The notes under the pieces: generated by a model | Databases searched by the model: none | What the model saw: only the letters and a program-made list of their open reading frames with translations | Told to the model about the DNA's origin: nothing | Assembly: GCA_964651645.1 (NCBI GenBank) | Contig: CAZYVW010000002.1 | Coordinates: 1-33,235 of the forward strand | Direction of reading: 5' to 3' | Length of the DNA stretch: 33,235 bases | Source: an uncultured Candidatus Saccharibacteria bacterium | GTDB lineage: Bacteria > Patescibacteriota > Saccharimonadia > Saccharimonadales > CAZYVW01 | Part shown: positions 22,228-31,129 of the stretch, piece by piece | Layout: each line of letters starts with the position of its first letter | Position numbering within the stretch: the stretch's first letter is position 1 | Program-made: the position numbers and the translations under genes

Positions 22228-23169
22228 CTAGGGTTGTTTGGCTAGGAGTTTACAAAGTGGGGGTGGCAGGAAAACCTTGGCCTCTTTTTTACTGGCAATA
22301 ACCGTCATGGAGTGTTTGCCTAAGCGAGCGGTCGCTTTGCTAAGTCCACTAAAGATTACTTTTAAATGCTGTTCAACTAAGTGATTATCAAAGTAGTTAT
22401 CGGCCTTCACGGCAATGTGCCACAGCGGTAAATTAACCTTTTGGCGGCAGTTATCCAGTTTAAGCATACTAAGCGTCGTGTTCATATAAGTACGTACGTC
22501 GTTAATGCGCCACAGATGGACTTCAAAATCGATGGCCAGCCTTTGCTCCTCTTCACTCAGCCCATTGAATTTGGCTTTGGCGTTGTGCGTTCGGGCATAA
22601 AAAGCTTGTATTAGTGAAGGGTGTAATGCGATGTTACGGAAAATCAGGGAGGGAAGTTTATAGCTAAAAACTTTTGCCATAAAACGATAATAAAGCCGCC
22701 GGCTTGGGCTAAACTTGAAGTCATCACCGCGGGCAAAGCCGACCGCACTGACTAGTAGGTCAACTTTGTCAGCCAGCTCCGGATAGCGCTGCAGCATACG
22801 TGTAACTACCGTAAAACCAAAAGAGTAACCAACTACTGTAACTCTCTGCCGGCGGTAACGCAGTTTTATGAAAGAGGCTAAATAATCCGCCAAGTTGTTA
22901 AGGCTGGGCTTTTCACCAATTTTGTAAAAGCTGTCCATACCGCCAAAGCCTGGCAAATCTGGCATGGTGACTGCGCCATAGTCGTTAAGTGCCTCGGCCA
23001 AACCAAAAAACCTCTCAAGACTAGCGTGGTGGCCATAGATAAATAAGATTTTGCGCGTCTTTAGTTTGCTAGCTGGCAACTCTAGCATCCGACCTTGCAG
23101 ACCATTCATATTCAGAGGCACTACATAATCGTTGAGGTTGCGTGTTCTTTTCGGCATCGTTATAGTCAT
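22228..23169 (-). CDS. alpha/beta-fold hydrolase
   Basis: 313 aa with nucleophile elbow GYSFG and an HG-like IYGHH oxyanion region. The start could also be Met5 (23157). Confidence 0.7.
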   Translation of the reverse strand: MTITMPKRTRNLNDYVVPLNMNGLQGRMLELPASKLKTRKILFIYGHHASLERFFGLAEALNDYGAVTMPDLPGFGGMDSFYKIGEKPSLNNLADYLASFIKLRYRRQRVTVVGYSFGFTVVTRMLQRYPELADKVDLLVSAVGFARGDDFKFSPSRRLYYRFMAKVFSYKLPSLIFRNIALHPSLIQAFYARTHNAKAKFNGLSEEEQRLAIDFEVHLWRINDVRTYMNTTLSMLKLDNCRQKVNLPLWHIAVKADNYFDNHLVEQHLKVIFSGLSKATARLGKHSMTVIASKKEAKVFLPPPLCKLLAKQP

Positions 23170-23179
23170 AATAATACAA

Positions 23180-23869
23180 ATGAAGAAGAAATTAACCTAT
23201 ATTTTACTTTTAGTCATTGTTATTGCAGGCTTGCTGTTTTGGCACCAGCGTCAGGTAAGCGCCCCAGGCGCCGTTAACCAGACCAAAAAGCAGCAAGCTC
23301 AAAACGGTTTTAATAAATCAGCGCAGTCGCTTGCTGACCCGGCCAGTATTTGGGTGATTGTTAATAAAAAGCGACCCTTAAATCCAATCGACTACACTCC
23401 AGCTAATTTAACTTCCGTAGGCAACGGCCAGGTAATGGCCAAAGAGGCGGCTGATGCTTTTACCAGCCTCCTCAGCGATGGCAAAGCAGCCGGCTACAGT
23501 TTGCTAGCCGAAAGTGGCTACCGCTCCTACAATACCCAAGTAAGTGTCTATAATAATGAGGTTAGAACCTTTGGCCAAGCTAAAGCCGATACAGAGAGTG
23601 CCAAGCCAGGGTACAGTGAGCACCAAACCGGCTGGGCGGTGGATATTGCCGCACCTGGGTGTAACGAGGACTGCTTTGGCACCCTTAAATCATCTGCCTG
23701 GGTCAGCGCCAATGCTTATAAATACGGTTTTGTTTTGCGCTACCCGGCTGACAAGTCGGATATAACTGGCTACCGCAATGAACCCTGGCATTTACGCTAT
23801 GTTGGCAAAGAATTGGCGGAGCAAATACATAGCTCTGGGCAAACGTTAGAGGAGTTTTTTAGTCTTTAG
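23180..23869 (+). CDS. M15B (VanY-type) D-alanyl-D-alanine carboxypeptidase with signal anchor
   Basis: SGYRSY, SEHQTGWAVDI and EPWHLRY zinc and active-site motifs. Start is taken at ATG 23180 (MKKKLTYILLLVIV..), not the track's 23132. Confidence 0.85.
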   Translation: MKKKLTYILLLVIVIAGLLFWHQRQVSAPGAVNQTKKQQAQNGFNKSAQSLADPASIWVIVNKKRPLNPIDYTPANLTSVGNGQVMAKEAADAFTSLLSDGKAAGYSLLAESGYRSYNTQVSVYNNEVRTFGQAKADTESAKPGYSEHQTGWAVDIAAPGCNEDCFGTLKSSAWVSANAYKYGFVLRYPADKSDITGYRNEPWHLRYVGKELAEQIHSSGQTLEEFFSL

Positions 23870-25118
23870 AGAAACGATGCTTTAGACGCCATAGAAAGTT
23901 TGGTGGCTCAGCCTTAGTTTTAAGCACAGCTTGAACGCTGACTGTAGCCGAGCCGGCCGACACGCTAACTTGGCCAACTGGGGCATCCTTGGCAGTTGGT
24001 ACTTCAATTGGCTGAAGTGTGATTTTGCTGGTTAACGGCACATCCTTCCAGGATAAAAGGTTCAGAGCATCCCTAGCTACCGCTTCATACTTAATACCCC
24101 ACAGCGTCGTATAAGTGCCGAGAGCTTGGCCCTTCTTAACAATAGTCGTGCTAGCAAAGCTAGCCCGAGCCGCAGCCAATAGCGCCCGTGAATCACGAAT
24201 AGCCGTGTTTAGGTCCGGAGCGCCTAAGATTGCGCCAATAATCGTCGTTTTTTGGCCTAAGGCACCTACGTAAGGGGCGGAAAAGAGATAACAGCCACCG
24301 GCTTCATTTGTATTACCGGTTTTAATGCCATTAATGCCGTCCTGGCCCAGTAGCCAATTAACGTTTTTTACCTCTCCGGCTACTGGCACCGTGGCTTTAG
24401 TTTGGGCCACAATCTCTGCCAGAACTGGATTGGCTAAAGCTAGCTGACCAACTAACACTAAGTCATGGGCTGTACTGACCGTGCTGGCAGAAAAGCCGCT
24501 TTCATCAGCTATATGTGTATTGGAAATAGCCAAACTTGTTAGCATCTGGTTAGCAAAGTCAACGTAAGACGGGACATTATTGAAACTCCAACGGGCTAGA
24601 GTGAAGGCCATATTGTTAGCCGATGGTAACAATAACGCCTGTAAAGCCTGGTACTCACTAATCTGCTCATTAAAGTTAACTGGTACCACAGAACCGCCCT
24701 GAGCGGCATATTCATGATAAGAAGCTACGTCATCCTCGTTAATGGTTATAGCCGGTCCTTGCTCGCCAACTTTGAGTGGGTGAGCCTTTAGTACCGCCAA
24801 GGCGGTAATAATTTTGGCAACGCTAGCTGTTGGCATCTTATTTTGCGGGCCTTTAGTTGCCAAAACATCAAAGCCGGTGGCTCCTAGAGCTTCTTCCCCA
24901 TAAGCCGGCCATGGGATACTAACGGCTTGGCTTGCCGGTGTACTTAAGGGCAGCTGCTTGGCGTCAATTGAATCTAAATAAGGCGGGACTGCCAGCAAGC
25001 TGCTAGAAACAAGCACGCCAATAACTAACACAAGTGCAAAAAGCTTTATTCTAAAATGTTTTCTAGCTCCGTATGGCCGCTTTTGGTATCTGGCCGGGTC
25101 AATAATCCGCATAACCAT
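23859..25118 (-). CDS. serine-type D-Ala-D-Ala carboxypeptidase (S11, PBP5/DacB-like)
   Basis: 419 aa with an N-terminal TM, SxxK (ASVAKI), SxN (PSANN) and KTG (IKTGNT). Confidence 0.85.
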   Translation of the reverse strand: MVMRIIDPARYQKRPYGARKHFRIKLFALVLVIGVLVSSSLLAVPPYLDSIDAKQLPLSTPASQAVSIPWPAYGEEALGATGFDVLATKGPQNKMPTASVAKIITALAVLKAHPLKVGEQGPAITINEDDVASYHEYAAQGGSVVPVNFNEQISEYQALQALLLPSANNMAFTLARWSFNNVPSYVDFANQMLTSLAISNTHIADESGFSASTVSTAHDLVLVGQLALANPVLAEIVAQTKATVPVAGEVKNVNWLLGQDGINGIKTGNTNEAGGCYLFSAPYVGALGQKTTIIGAILGAPDLNTAIRDSRALLAAARASFASTTIVKKGQALGTYTTLWGIKYEAVARDALNLLSWKDVPLTSKITLQPIEVPTAKDAPVGQVSVSAGSATVSVQAVLKTKAEPPNFLWRLKHRFSKD

Positions 25119-25273
25119 AAGTATATCTCAGGTCTTGGGATAATCGACGTTTCAAGGTAAAATCTAATCTGTTCCATAACTTTTTCTAAAGGGAAAAGAG
25201 CAGCCCGAGACTTGGATTCATTCCAAGCCCGGCGCGACGAGAAAAACCGTAGGTTTGTCTCAGTTATGGGCGA

Positions 25274-25348
25274 TGGGACGTCGCCAAGTGGTAAGGCACC
25301 AGTTTTTGGTACTGGCATTCGTAGGTTCGAATCCTACCGTCCCAGCCA
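25274..25348 (+). tRNA. tRNA-Gln (anticodon UUG), CCA encoded
   Basis: Manual cloverleaf. Acceptor TGGGACG/CGTCCCA with U1-A72, D arm GCCAAGTGGTAAGGC, anticodon stem CCAGT/ACTGG with loop TTTTGGT, T arm GTAGG-TTCGAAT-CCTAC, and G73-CCA. It closely parallels E. coli tRNA-Gln. Confidence 0.9.
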
Positions 25349-25404
25349 GAATTTTGTAAGGTATAATTAGTTTACTTAAAAAGCTAAATTAGGAGGGTTG
25401 AATT

Positions 25405-25833
25405 ATGGCTAAAATGAGTCCAGTTGTGCATTTTGAGATGGGTTATAAAGATAAAGAGCGCATGGTTAAATTTTATGAAACAGTTTTTGGCTGGAAAACC
25501 GAGTCTTTTGGTCCAGAAATGGGTAACTATGTAGTCGCTCACACCACTGAGACTAGCAAAGATGGCATGGTGCAGACTAAGGGCGCGATTAATGGTGGCT
25601 TTTACCAAAAAACCGACGACCCTACGAGCCAAGCACCATCAGTAGTAGTGTCGGTCGACGACGTAAAGGCCTCACTTCAGGCTGTCATCGATGCCGGCGG
25701 TAAGAATTTGGGTACAATGGACCAAAACGGCAAGCGCACCATGGAGCCACAAATGATTCCTGGTGTTGGCCTGTGGATTTCTGTCCAAGACACCGAAGGC
25801 AATCGTTTTTCTATTCTGCAGCCAAAATCCTAA
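25405..25833 (+). CDS. VOC (glyoxalase/bleomycin-resistance fold) family protein
   Basis: 142 aa with VHFEMGYKD..FYETVFGW and a C-terminal GLWISVQDTEGNRFSILQ. Strong SD AGGAGGG, with TATAAT at 25362-25367. Confidence 0.8.
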   Translation: MAKMSPVVHFEMGYKDKERMVKFYETVFGWKTESFGPEMGNYVVAHTTETSKDGMVQTKGAINGGFYQKTDDPTSQAPSVVVSVDDVKASLQAVIDAGGKNLGTMDQNGKRTMEPQMIPGVGLWISVQDTEGNRFSILQPKS

Positions 25834-25845
25834 AAAACTAGACGG

Positions 25846-26346
25846 TTACTTTTTGGTCGCTTTAAATGCGGCTTCGAGCGCTGGGCCATCCAGCTTAATC
25901 ATTGGCATCATGGCTTTCATTAGAGCCTTCTTTTGCTCGGGTGTGGTCGCGGGGTCGTCCATCATTTGGCCTAGCGATTTTGGACATATTTGCCAAGTTA
26001 CACCAAATTTGTCTGTTATCCAGCCGCATTGCTGAGGCTTGCCACCGCTTAGAAGCTTCTCCCAAACGGCGTCTAACTCGGCTTGGGTTTCAAACTCTAC
26101 CACAAACGAGATACCGCTAGTAAGTTCAAACACGGGGCCACCGTCTAAACACATAAACGGCTGGCCCATAATTTCAAATTCGCCAGTTAAAACTTTACCT
26201 TTTAGTTCCTTTTCACCCGGGATACCTTGGTCGCCGGCATAGCGCTCAATATGGTTTATCCTAGAATCTTTGAAGGTTGAGACATAAAAGTTCATGGCCG
26301 CTTCAGCGTTATCCTTGAACCAGATGAACGGTGTGATATTTGACAT
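25846..26346 (-). CDS. VOC family protein, PhnB / 3-demethylubiquinone-9 methyltransferase-like domain
   Basis: 166 aa with ITPFIWFKDNAEAAMNFYVSTF and GWITDKFGVTWQI, typical of this family. Confidence 0.8.
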   Translation of the reverse strand: MSNITPFIWFKDNAEAAMNFYVSTFKDSRINHIERYAGDQGIPGEKELKGKVLTGEFEIMGQPFMCLDGGPVFELTSGISFVVEFETQAELDAVWEKLLSGGKPQQCGWITDKFGVTWQICPKSLGQMMDDPATTPEQKKALMKAMMPMIKLDGPALEAAFKATKK

Positions 26347-26403
26347 AGCTTCCCCTCTTATTAATGATTAACTACATTGTACCAATTATAGAAACCAGGA
26401 CGT

Positions 26404-29016
26404 TTATTGGGCGACTTGGTACTGGCGTTTTAGGTAATTGTCATAGGTTGGTGTGTGTGCACATTCCTCGCGGTTATGACAGACCCCAGCGTCAAACTTG
26501 CCGTAGGCAAAGAAAATATCGCGTTTATCATCTAGGGTAGGTCCTGAAACATTCTCTGGCAGGGCCCTAGCTGGGTAGCCTAGGTAAAATTTAACTGGCA
26601 CTTTAATAACGTTTTCAAATTGCTGCATGTCGTATCGCTCCGCGGCTTTTTGGACGTAACGCCCGACGGCATTGTGATCGTAATGATCAGCGATCTCCTT
26701 GCCGGGGATAGTGCTTTGCGACCGGATTTCTGTCGGCTGGTAGGTATGCATTAAAGTTGTCAGGGCTTCGATAAGTTGATCGTTTGTATATGTTGACTCG
26801 CCGTAAATAGCATTTAGTTTTTTTATAGCACCAGACTCCAGCTTTTCAATATTTTCATTATGGTAGGCTTTAAAACCTTCGCCTTTTTGGTTACCATCAG
26901 GCAAGTTGAAAAAGATCAGCGAAATTTTAGAGTTGCCGCGCGGATTGGCAATGGTAATAAACTCATTGTCGCCCAACCGGACAATCCGCTGTACCCAGGC
27001 CTCATTGCTGCCCAGCATTTTAGAATAGGCAGCTTCTGAGCCTTGCTGGCGGCTAACCCAATAAAACTTATCAAAGCCGGCGTCACCGGCTGTTATAAAG
27101 ACGGTGCGCACGCAATGACCGGCTTTAATGGCATTTAGTGTGTCTGGGTTCATAAACAGTAGATCATCATCTTGGTGGGCGACAAAGTTCATAATTGTCG
27201 GGACTGAGCACGTGGTGTAGGGCAAGTCTTCTGGCGCAACCGGCACAACCGTCGCTGGACCCTCTGGGCGAGTGGTCGCTGGCGCGCTGGCATTAGTACC
27301 GTGGTCATAAAACAGCAGCACTTCTTTTGGTGATGTCACACTACCTTCAATGACTAGGCTAGTGTTCGGCCGACCGTATTTAGTAACGACCTGCTGCAGG
27401 CTGCACGTTGGAAAGTCGGTCAGTCCTTTATCAAGCGACAACAGGTAGGCAAAACTTTGGTTGCCAAGGTTTGGCTGCCACTCACTACTACTCAAAATAC
27501 TGCGCGGTGTTGTGCAATCAGACAGCGGCATAATATTTAAAGGCTTGGAGCTGACTAATTTTGTGGGCACGACTCGCCAATAATCGCCAACTAGGACACT
27601 TACTGAGTGATAGCTAAGGGCTTGGGCTACTAATAAGTTACGGCCGTCTATATTGCTTTGGGCCGTCAATGAATCATTATGAGCTTGTAAGCTAGCTGCT
27701 AGCCCAAAGATATTGCCAACAATTAACACCGCTCCCGTGAGTATCAAAAATTCCGAGCGCAGTCTTTTATTCCTTAAGACAACCGCCAGGGCAGTGAACA
27801 CCGCAAAGACGCTAATAGTTAGGTAGCGAGCGTCCACCACGTAATCATGATTCGTAACCGCAAAGGCACCGGCCGCGGCGATTGTTGCCCACAGCAGAAG
27901 TATTGCAAGCAGGCTCAAGCTGTCGTGGTCGACGCCGTTGTGTGATTTTTTAAAGCTAGCGCCCATAACACCCAAAGCAGCAAGTAGACCAACAATTAAG
28001 ACGCCTAGGTTGATTAAATAAGCTAGCCCACCAATCCCGATTAGGCTTCTTACGGCCTGTCTTGGCATTTCTCTAACGGTTGTAGCAACTGCCGCCGGGT
28101 TGGCGCCAAAGTTAGTCAACAGACCAGTAATAGCGTAGTAACAACCTAGCGCCAGGCTTTTGCCGCTCTGGACTAACCCATAAGGTCCGCTGCCCGTGCT
28201 GTTAACAATATGAGTGATATTAAGAGCGTCTACTGCCCACAATAGCCCGGTAGCTAAAACCGCGGCGGCAGTAGTAGCAGCCAGCCAGCGCGCTGCGATA
28301 TTTGCTAAGCGCCAGCGTTGAGCCAGCGTGTAACAGACCAGCGCCAGTAGCGCTCCACCAAAGCTGATTGTTAGAAACAGCTTATCGCTGGCTAGTAGAA
28401 CGGTTAGTAGCCCAACCGCAACTGCAAACTTCTTACTGCGCAGGGCCCGAGCGTGAACCACAAAGCCTAGAGCCGCAATAAATACCAGGTATTCTAGGTT
28501 ACGGGTAGTTATCATTGCCATGTTAACCGGCAGGATCGCTCCGGCATATGGCTGGGCTGGGACTAGCATAAGCACAGAGGCCAAGGCCAGGCACATCGTG
28601 CCAAAGACCAGCGGTCGGTGATCTATTTTATGTAGCAGAAACGCCAGACCGCCAACAGTTACAACCGTTACTGCCGCAGTCATAGTACTAAAGGTTGATG
28701 CCGACAAACCGATAGTTTTAATCAGCCAAAACAACGGCCACTTAAGTAAGAAGGTGTGGGCACCTGGCAACATTGCCCCCTTAAGCGTAGCCACTCTTTC
28801 AAACAAATAAGAATTTACCAGCTGGTCAGAGTTAGAGCTATGAACGTGGGCAGCTAGTAGTGACCAAATCAAGACACTGCCAAAAAGTACAAACAGTGAA
28901 GTAATCACATAGACTTTGGCAAAATGATCAGAAGCAATAAATCTCCTGATTGGTCGACCGTCGTAGCGGTGTTCTAGCACCGAAATAACCTTCTCACCCT
29001 CACGCATATTAATCAT
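26404..29016 (-). CDS. polytopic membrane protein (GT-C-like architecture) fused to a C-terminal PIG-L/LmbE family deacetylase
   Basis: 870 aa. About 12-14 TM segments occupy residues ~30-445. A Cys-containing linker domain and a Pro/Thr-rich linker follow. The PIG-L motifs are VAHQDDD (encoded at 27163-27180, residue ~613) and DHYDHNA. Confidence 0.75.
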   Translation of the reverse strand: MINMREGEKVISVLEHRYDGRPIRRFIASDHFAKVYVITSLFVLFGSVLIWSLLAAHVHSSNSDQLVNSYLFERVATLKGAMLPGAHTFLLKWPLFWLIKTIGLSASTFSTMTAAVTVVTVGGLAFLLHKIDHRPLVFGTMCLALASVLMLVPAQPYAGAILPVNMAMITTRNLEYLVFIAALGFVVHARALRSKKFAVAVGLLTVLLASDKLFLTISFGGALLALVCYTLAQRWRLANIAARWLAATTAAAVLATGLLWAVDALNITHIVNSTGSGPYGLVQSGKSLALGCYYAITGLLTNFGANPAAVATTVREMPRQAVRSLIGIGGLAYLINLGVLIVGLLAALGVMGASFKKSHNGVDHDSLSLLAILLLWATIAAAGAFAVTNHDYVVDARYLTISVFAVFTALAVVLRNKRLRSEFLILTGAVLIVGNIFGLAASLQAHNDSLTAQSNIDGRNLLVAQALSYHSVSVLVGDYWRVVPTKLVSSKPLNIMPLSDCTTPRSILSSSEWQPNLGNQSFAYLLSLDKGLTDFPTCSLQQVVTKYGRPNTSLVIEGSVTSPKEVLLFYDHGTNASAPATTRPEGPATVVPVAPEDLPYTTCSVPTIMNFVAHQDDDLLFMNPDTLNAIKAGHCVRTVFITAGDAGFDKFYWVSRQQGSEAAYSKMLGSNEAWVQRIVRLGDNEFITIANPRGNSKISLIFFNLPDGNQKGEGFKAYHNENIEKLESGAIKKLNAIYGESTYTNDQLIEALTTLMHTYQPTEIRSQSTIPGKEIADHYDHNAVGRYVQKAAERYDMQQFENVIKVPVKFYLGYPARALPENVSGPTLDDKRDIFFAYGKFDAGVCHNREECAHTPTYDNYLKRQYQVAQ

Positions 29017-29110
29017 TCTATATTTATCTTAAAATTTTTGTGTGAACTTTTCTGCTAATAAACCCTCATAAGCATTATAGCAATTGTTGATGCTAAAGAT
29101 ACTGCCCAAG

Positions 29111-30082
29111 CTAGTTTTCTTCCTTCTCAAGACCAGCTGAGCCAACCATATCAATAATATACAGTGGGCGCTGCTTGGTTTGATTATGAATATGAGAAAT
29201 ATACAGCGATAAAATGCCTTGGGACATCAAAATAATGCCGACCATAAACAGGATTAGCGTCCCGAGCATGGCCGTACCGGTGAACTTCCAGCCAAGCGGA
29301 TCACCAAGTAGCAGTTGCTCAACAAAAACGCTACTGCCGAGTAAGAGTGCAAAAGTCGTGATCAAAACTCCAAGGTAGCCAAAGACATAGAGCGGCGTTG
29401 GCGAGAGGGAAACAAAGCTGTTGGCCGCCAACTTGAGTAGTTTGCGGCGTGAGTACGAGGCAGTGCCGGCAGCTCGCGGATTGGCCGTGAAGTAGATATA
29501 TTGGCGTTCAAACCCCAACCAATCAATCAACCCGCGAGTAATCCTATCGGTCTCTTTGAGCTTCAGAAACGCGGCTTGGACTTCTTTATCAATCAGCCGG
29601 AAATCAGTTGAGCCGGGCACCAATTTTTGGCCGGGGAGCCTATTGAACAGGCTATAGAACAAGCGGGAACCGAGACGCTTAAACAAACTTTCGCCCTTAT
29701 TGTTTTTGCGCACACCAACCACCACACGGGCGCCTTTTTCCCAGGCACTAATAAACTGTGGGATAAGCTCCGGTGGGTGTTGGCCGTCACTGTCAATCAT
29801 TAAAATGCCAGCGCCTTTGGCATGGGCAATACCGGCACTCAAGGCGCTCTCTTTGCCAAAGTTACGCGAAAATTGAATAAGACGAATCCGCGGGTTGAGC
29901 CGGCGCCACTCCCTAATTAGGTGACCACTATTATCGGTACTACCATCGTTGCAATAAATCAACTCGTACGGCCTATCTAAAGCTTCTAAGGTTTTCATAA
30001 CTTTGGTATGAAACGACGACAAACCAGCGCTTTCGTTATAAAGCGGCACCACCACCGTAATTAGCTTATTTTGACCAACCAT
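29111..30082 (-). CDS. GT2 polyprenyl-phosphate glycosyltransferase (GtrB/ArnC/PpgS/DPM1-like)
   Basis: 323 aa with VVVPLYNES, DGSTDNS, IDSDGQHPP (DxD) and two C-terminal TM helices, the hallmark of this subfamily. Confidence 0.88.
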   Translation of the reverse strand: MVGQNKLITVVVPLYNESAGLSSFHTKVMKTLEALDRPYELIYCNDGSTDNSGHLIREWRRLNPRIRLIQFSRNFGKESALSAGIAHAKGAGILMIDSDGQHPPELIPQFISAWEKGARVVVGVRKNNKGESLFKRLGSRLFYSLFNRLPGQKLVPGSTDFRLIDKEVQAAFLKLKETDRITRGLIDWLGFERQYIYFTANPRAAGTASYSRRKLLKLAANSFVSLSPTPLYVFGYLGVLITTFALLLGSSVFVEQLLLGDPLGWKFTGTAMLGTLILFMVGIILMSQGILSLYISHIHNQTKQRPLYIIDMVGSAGLEKEEN

Positions 30083-30147
30083 TATCAGTTATCAGTATAG
30101 CAAAGGGTAGCCTCAATAATTGTATTTGGCATCTTGTTAACAGAGGA

Positions 30148-30156
30148 TGCTATAAT
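30148..30156 (+). promoter_or_regulatory. extended -10 promoter element TGCTATAAT
   Basis: TGn plus TATAAT lies in the divergent GT2/membrane-protein intergenic region. A mirror TGCTATACT lies on the minus strand at 30102-30094, 11 nt before the GT2 ATG. Confidence 0.35.
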
Positions 30157-30183
30157 CAACAATATGCAGGTTACGGAACTAAA

Positions 30184-31119
30184 GTGACTAAAATGAAGAA
30201 GTTCAACCGCTATTATCTACTCCTAGCAGCCCTGATTATCGCTTACATTGCGTGCGTCATCTTTTTGCCAATCGACCCTAAGGTATCTGCCAACCGCTAC
30301 GGTCTTAGTAGCGGACAAATTCGGGTACTCAGCTTATCTATCGTTCTACCTTTTATAGCTATCTGGGGGTCGGCATTCTACGGCTTTGTTAAGGTCAAGC
30401 AATACGCCGCTTTGATTGACAAAGACAAAGCCGGCCATGGTTTGCGTGTCCTGTCTGATGGGCTAATGTTGCTAGCAATCTCCTTGCCACTAACAGCGCT
30501 TGCCGGTATAGTCCGTGACCATGTAAATAATGGACACCTTGCTTTGATTCCTACAACAACAATCATTTACAACTATTTTTCGCTACTGCTAGCCCTTGCA
30601 GGCGTTTGGTTGGTGGCCCAAGGCGCTCGTCAGCTAGTAGGCAGCTTGAAGAAAAAACGCCATACTCTAAACCAGACTTTCCTAGCCAGCGCCTTTACTG
30701 CCTTTTGTATTTTTTATACCTACATAGCCATGACTGATCCGCTAAGACGCACGCCTGGGGGCATTTCTGGCACGGCGGCTTATTATCTGCCTGATGCGCT
30801 GGTGTTTTTAACAATTGTCGTACCCTACATCGTCCTATGGTACCTAGGCTTTAGAGCCGCCTACCACATTCAACTTTATAGAAGAAACATTACTGGCGTG
30901 CTATACCGCAAAGCGCTTGGCTATTTAGCCGCTGGCATCGCTTTTGTGGTTGTTTCGATGATGGCGCTTAGGCTTTGCGTATCAATGTCATCCTACTTTA
31001 GCGACCTGTCACTCAGGTTACTACTGCTGCTGGTTTACTTCTTATTGATTATTATTGGAGTAGGTTATGGGTTGATTGCCCGCGGCGCCAAGCGGCTGAA
31101 GAAAATCGAAGAGGTCTAA
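30184..31119 (+). CDS. integral membrane protein of unknown function (~8 TM)
   Basis: 311-aa ORF with multiple hydrophobic helices and no recognisable motif. The start is GTG 30184 or ATG 30193. Confidence 0.6.
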   Translation: MTKMKKFNRYYLLLAALIIAYIACVIFLPIDPKVSANRYGLSSGQIRVLSLSIVLPFIAIWGSAFYGFVKVKQYAALIDKDKAGHGLRVLSDGLMLLAISLPLTALAGIVRDHVNNGHLALIPTTTIIYNYFSLLLALAGVWLVAQGARQLVGSLKKKRHTLNQTFLASAFTAFCIFYTYIAMTDPLRRTPGGISGTAAYYLPDALVFLTIVVPYIVLWYLGFRAAYHIQLYRRNITGVLYRKALGYLAAGIAFVVVSMMALRLCVSMSSYFSDLSLRLLLLLVYFLLIIIGVGYGLIARGAKRLKKIEEV

Positions 31120-31129
31120 GACTTAAGTT

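Noticed and set aside
25119-25273. 155-nt spacer between dacB and tRNA-Gln with a small CTTGGA/TCCAAG hairpin as a possible second RNA gene
   Set aside because: No cloverleaf or known ncRNA signature could be folded by hand. It most likely contains the divergent dacB and tRNA promoters.
25046-25318. 90-aa minus-strand ORF in the dacB/tRNA region
   Set aside because: It overlaps the dacB 5' end and the well-supported tRNA-Gln gene and has no motif or RBS, so it is spurious.
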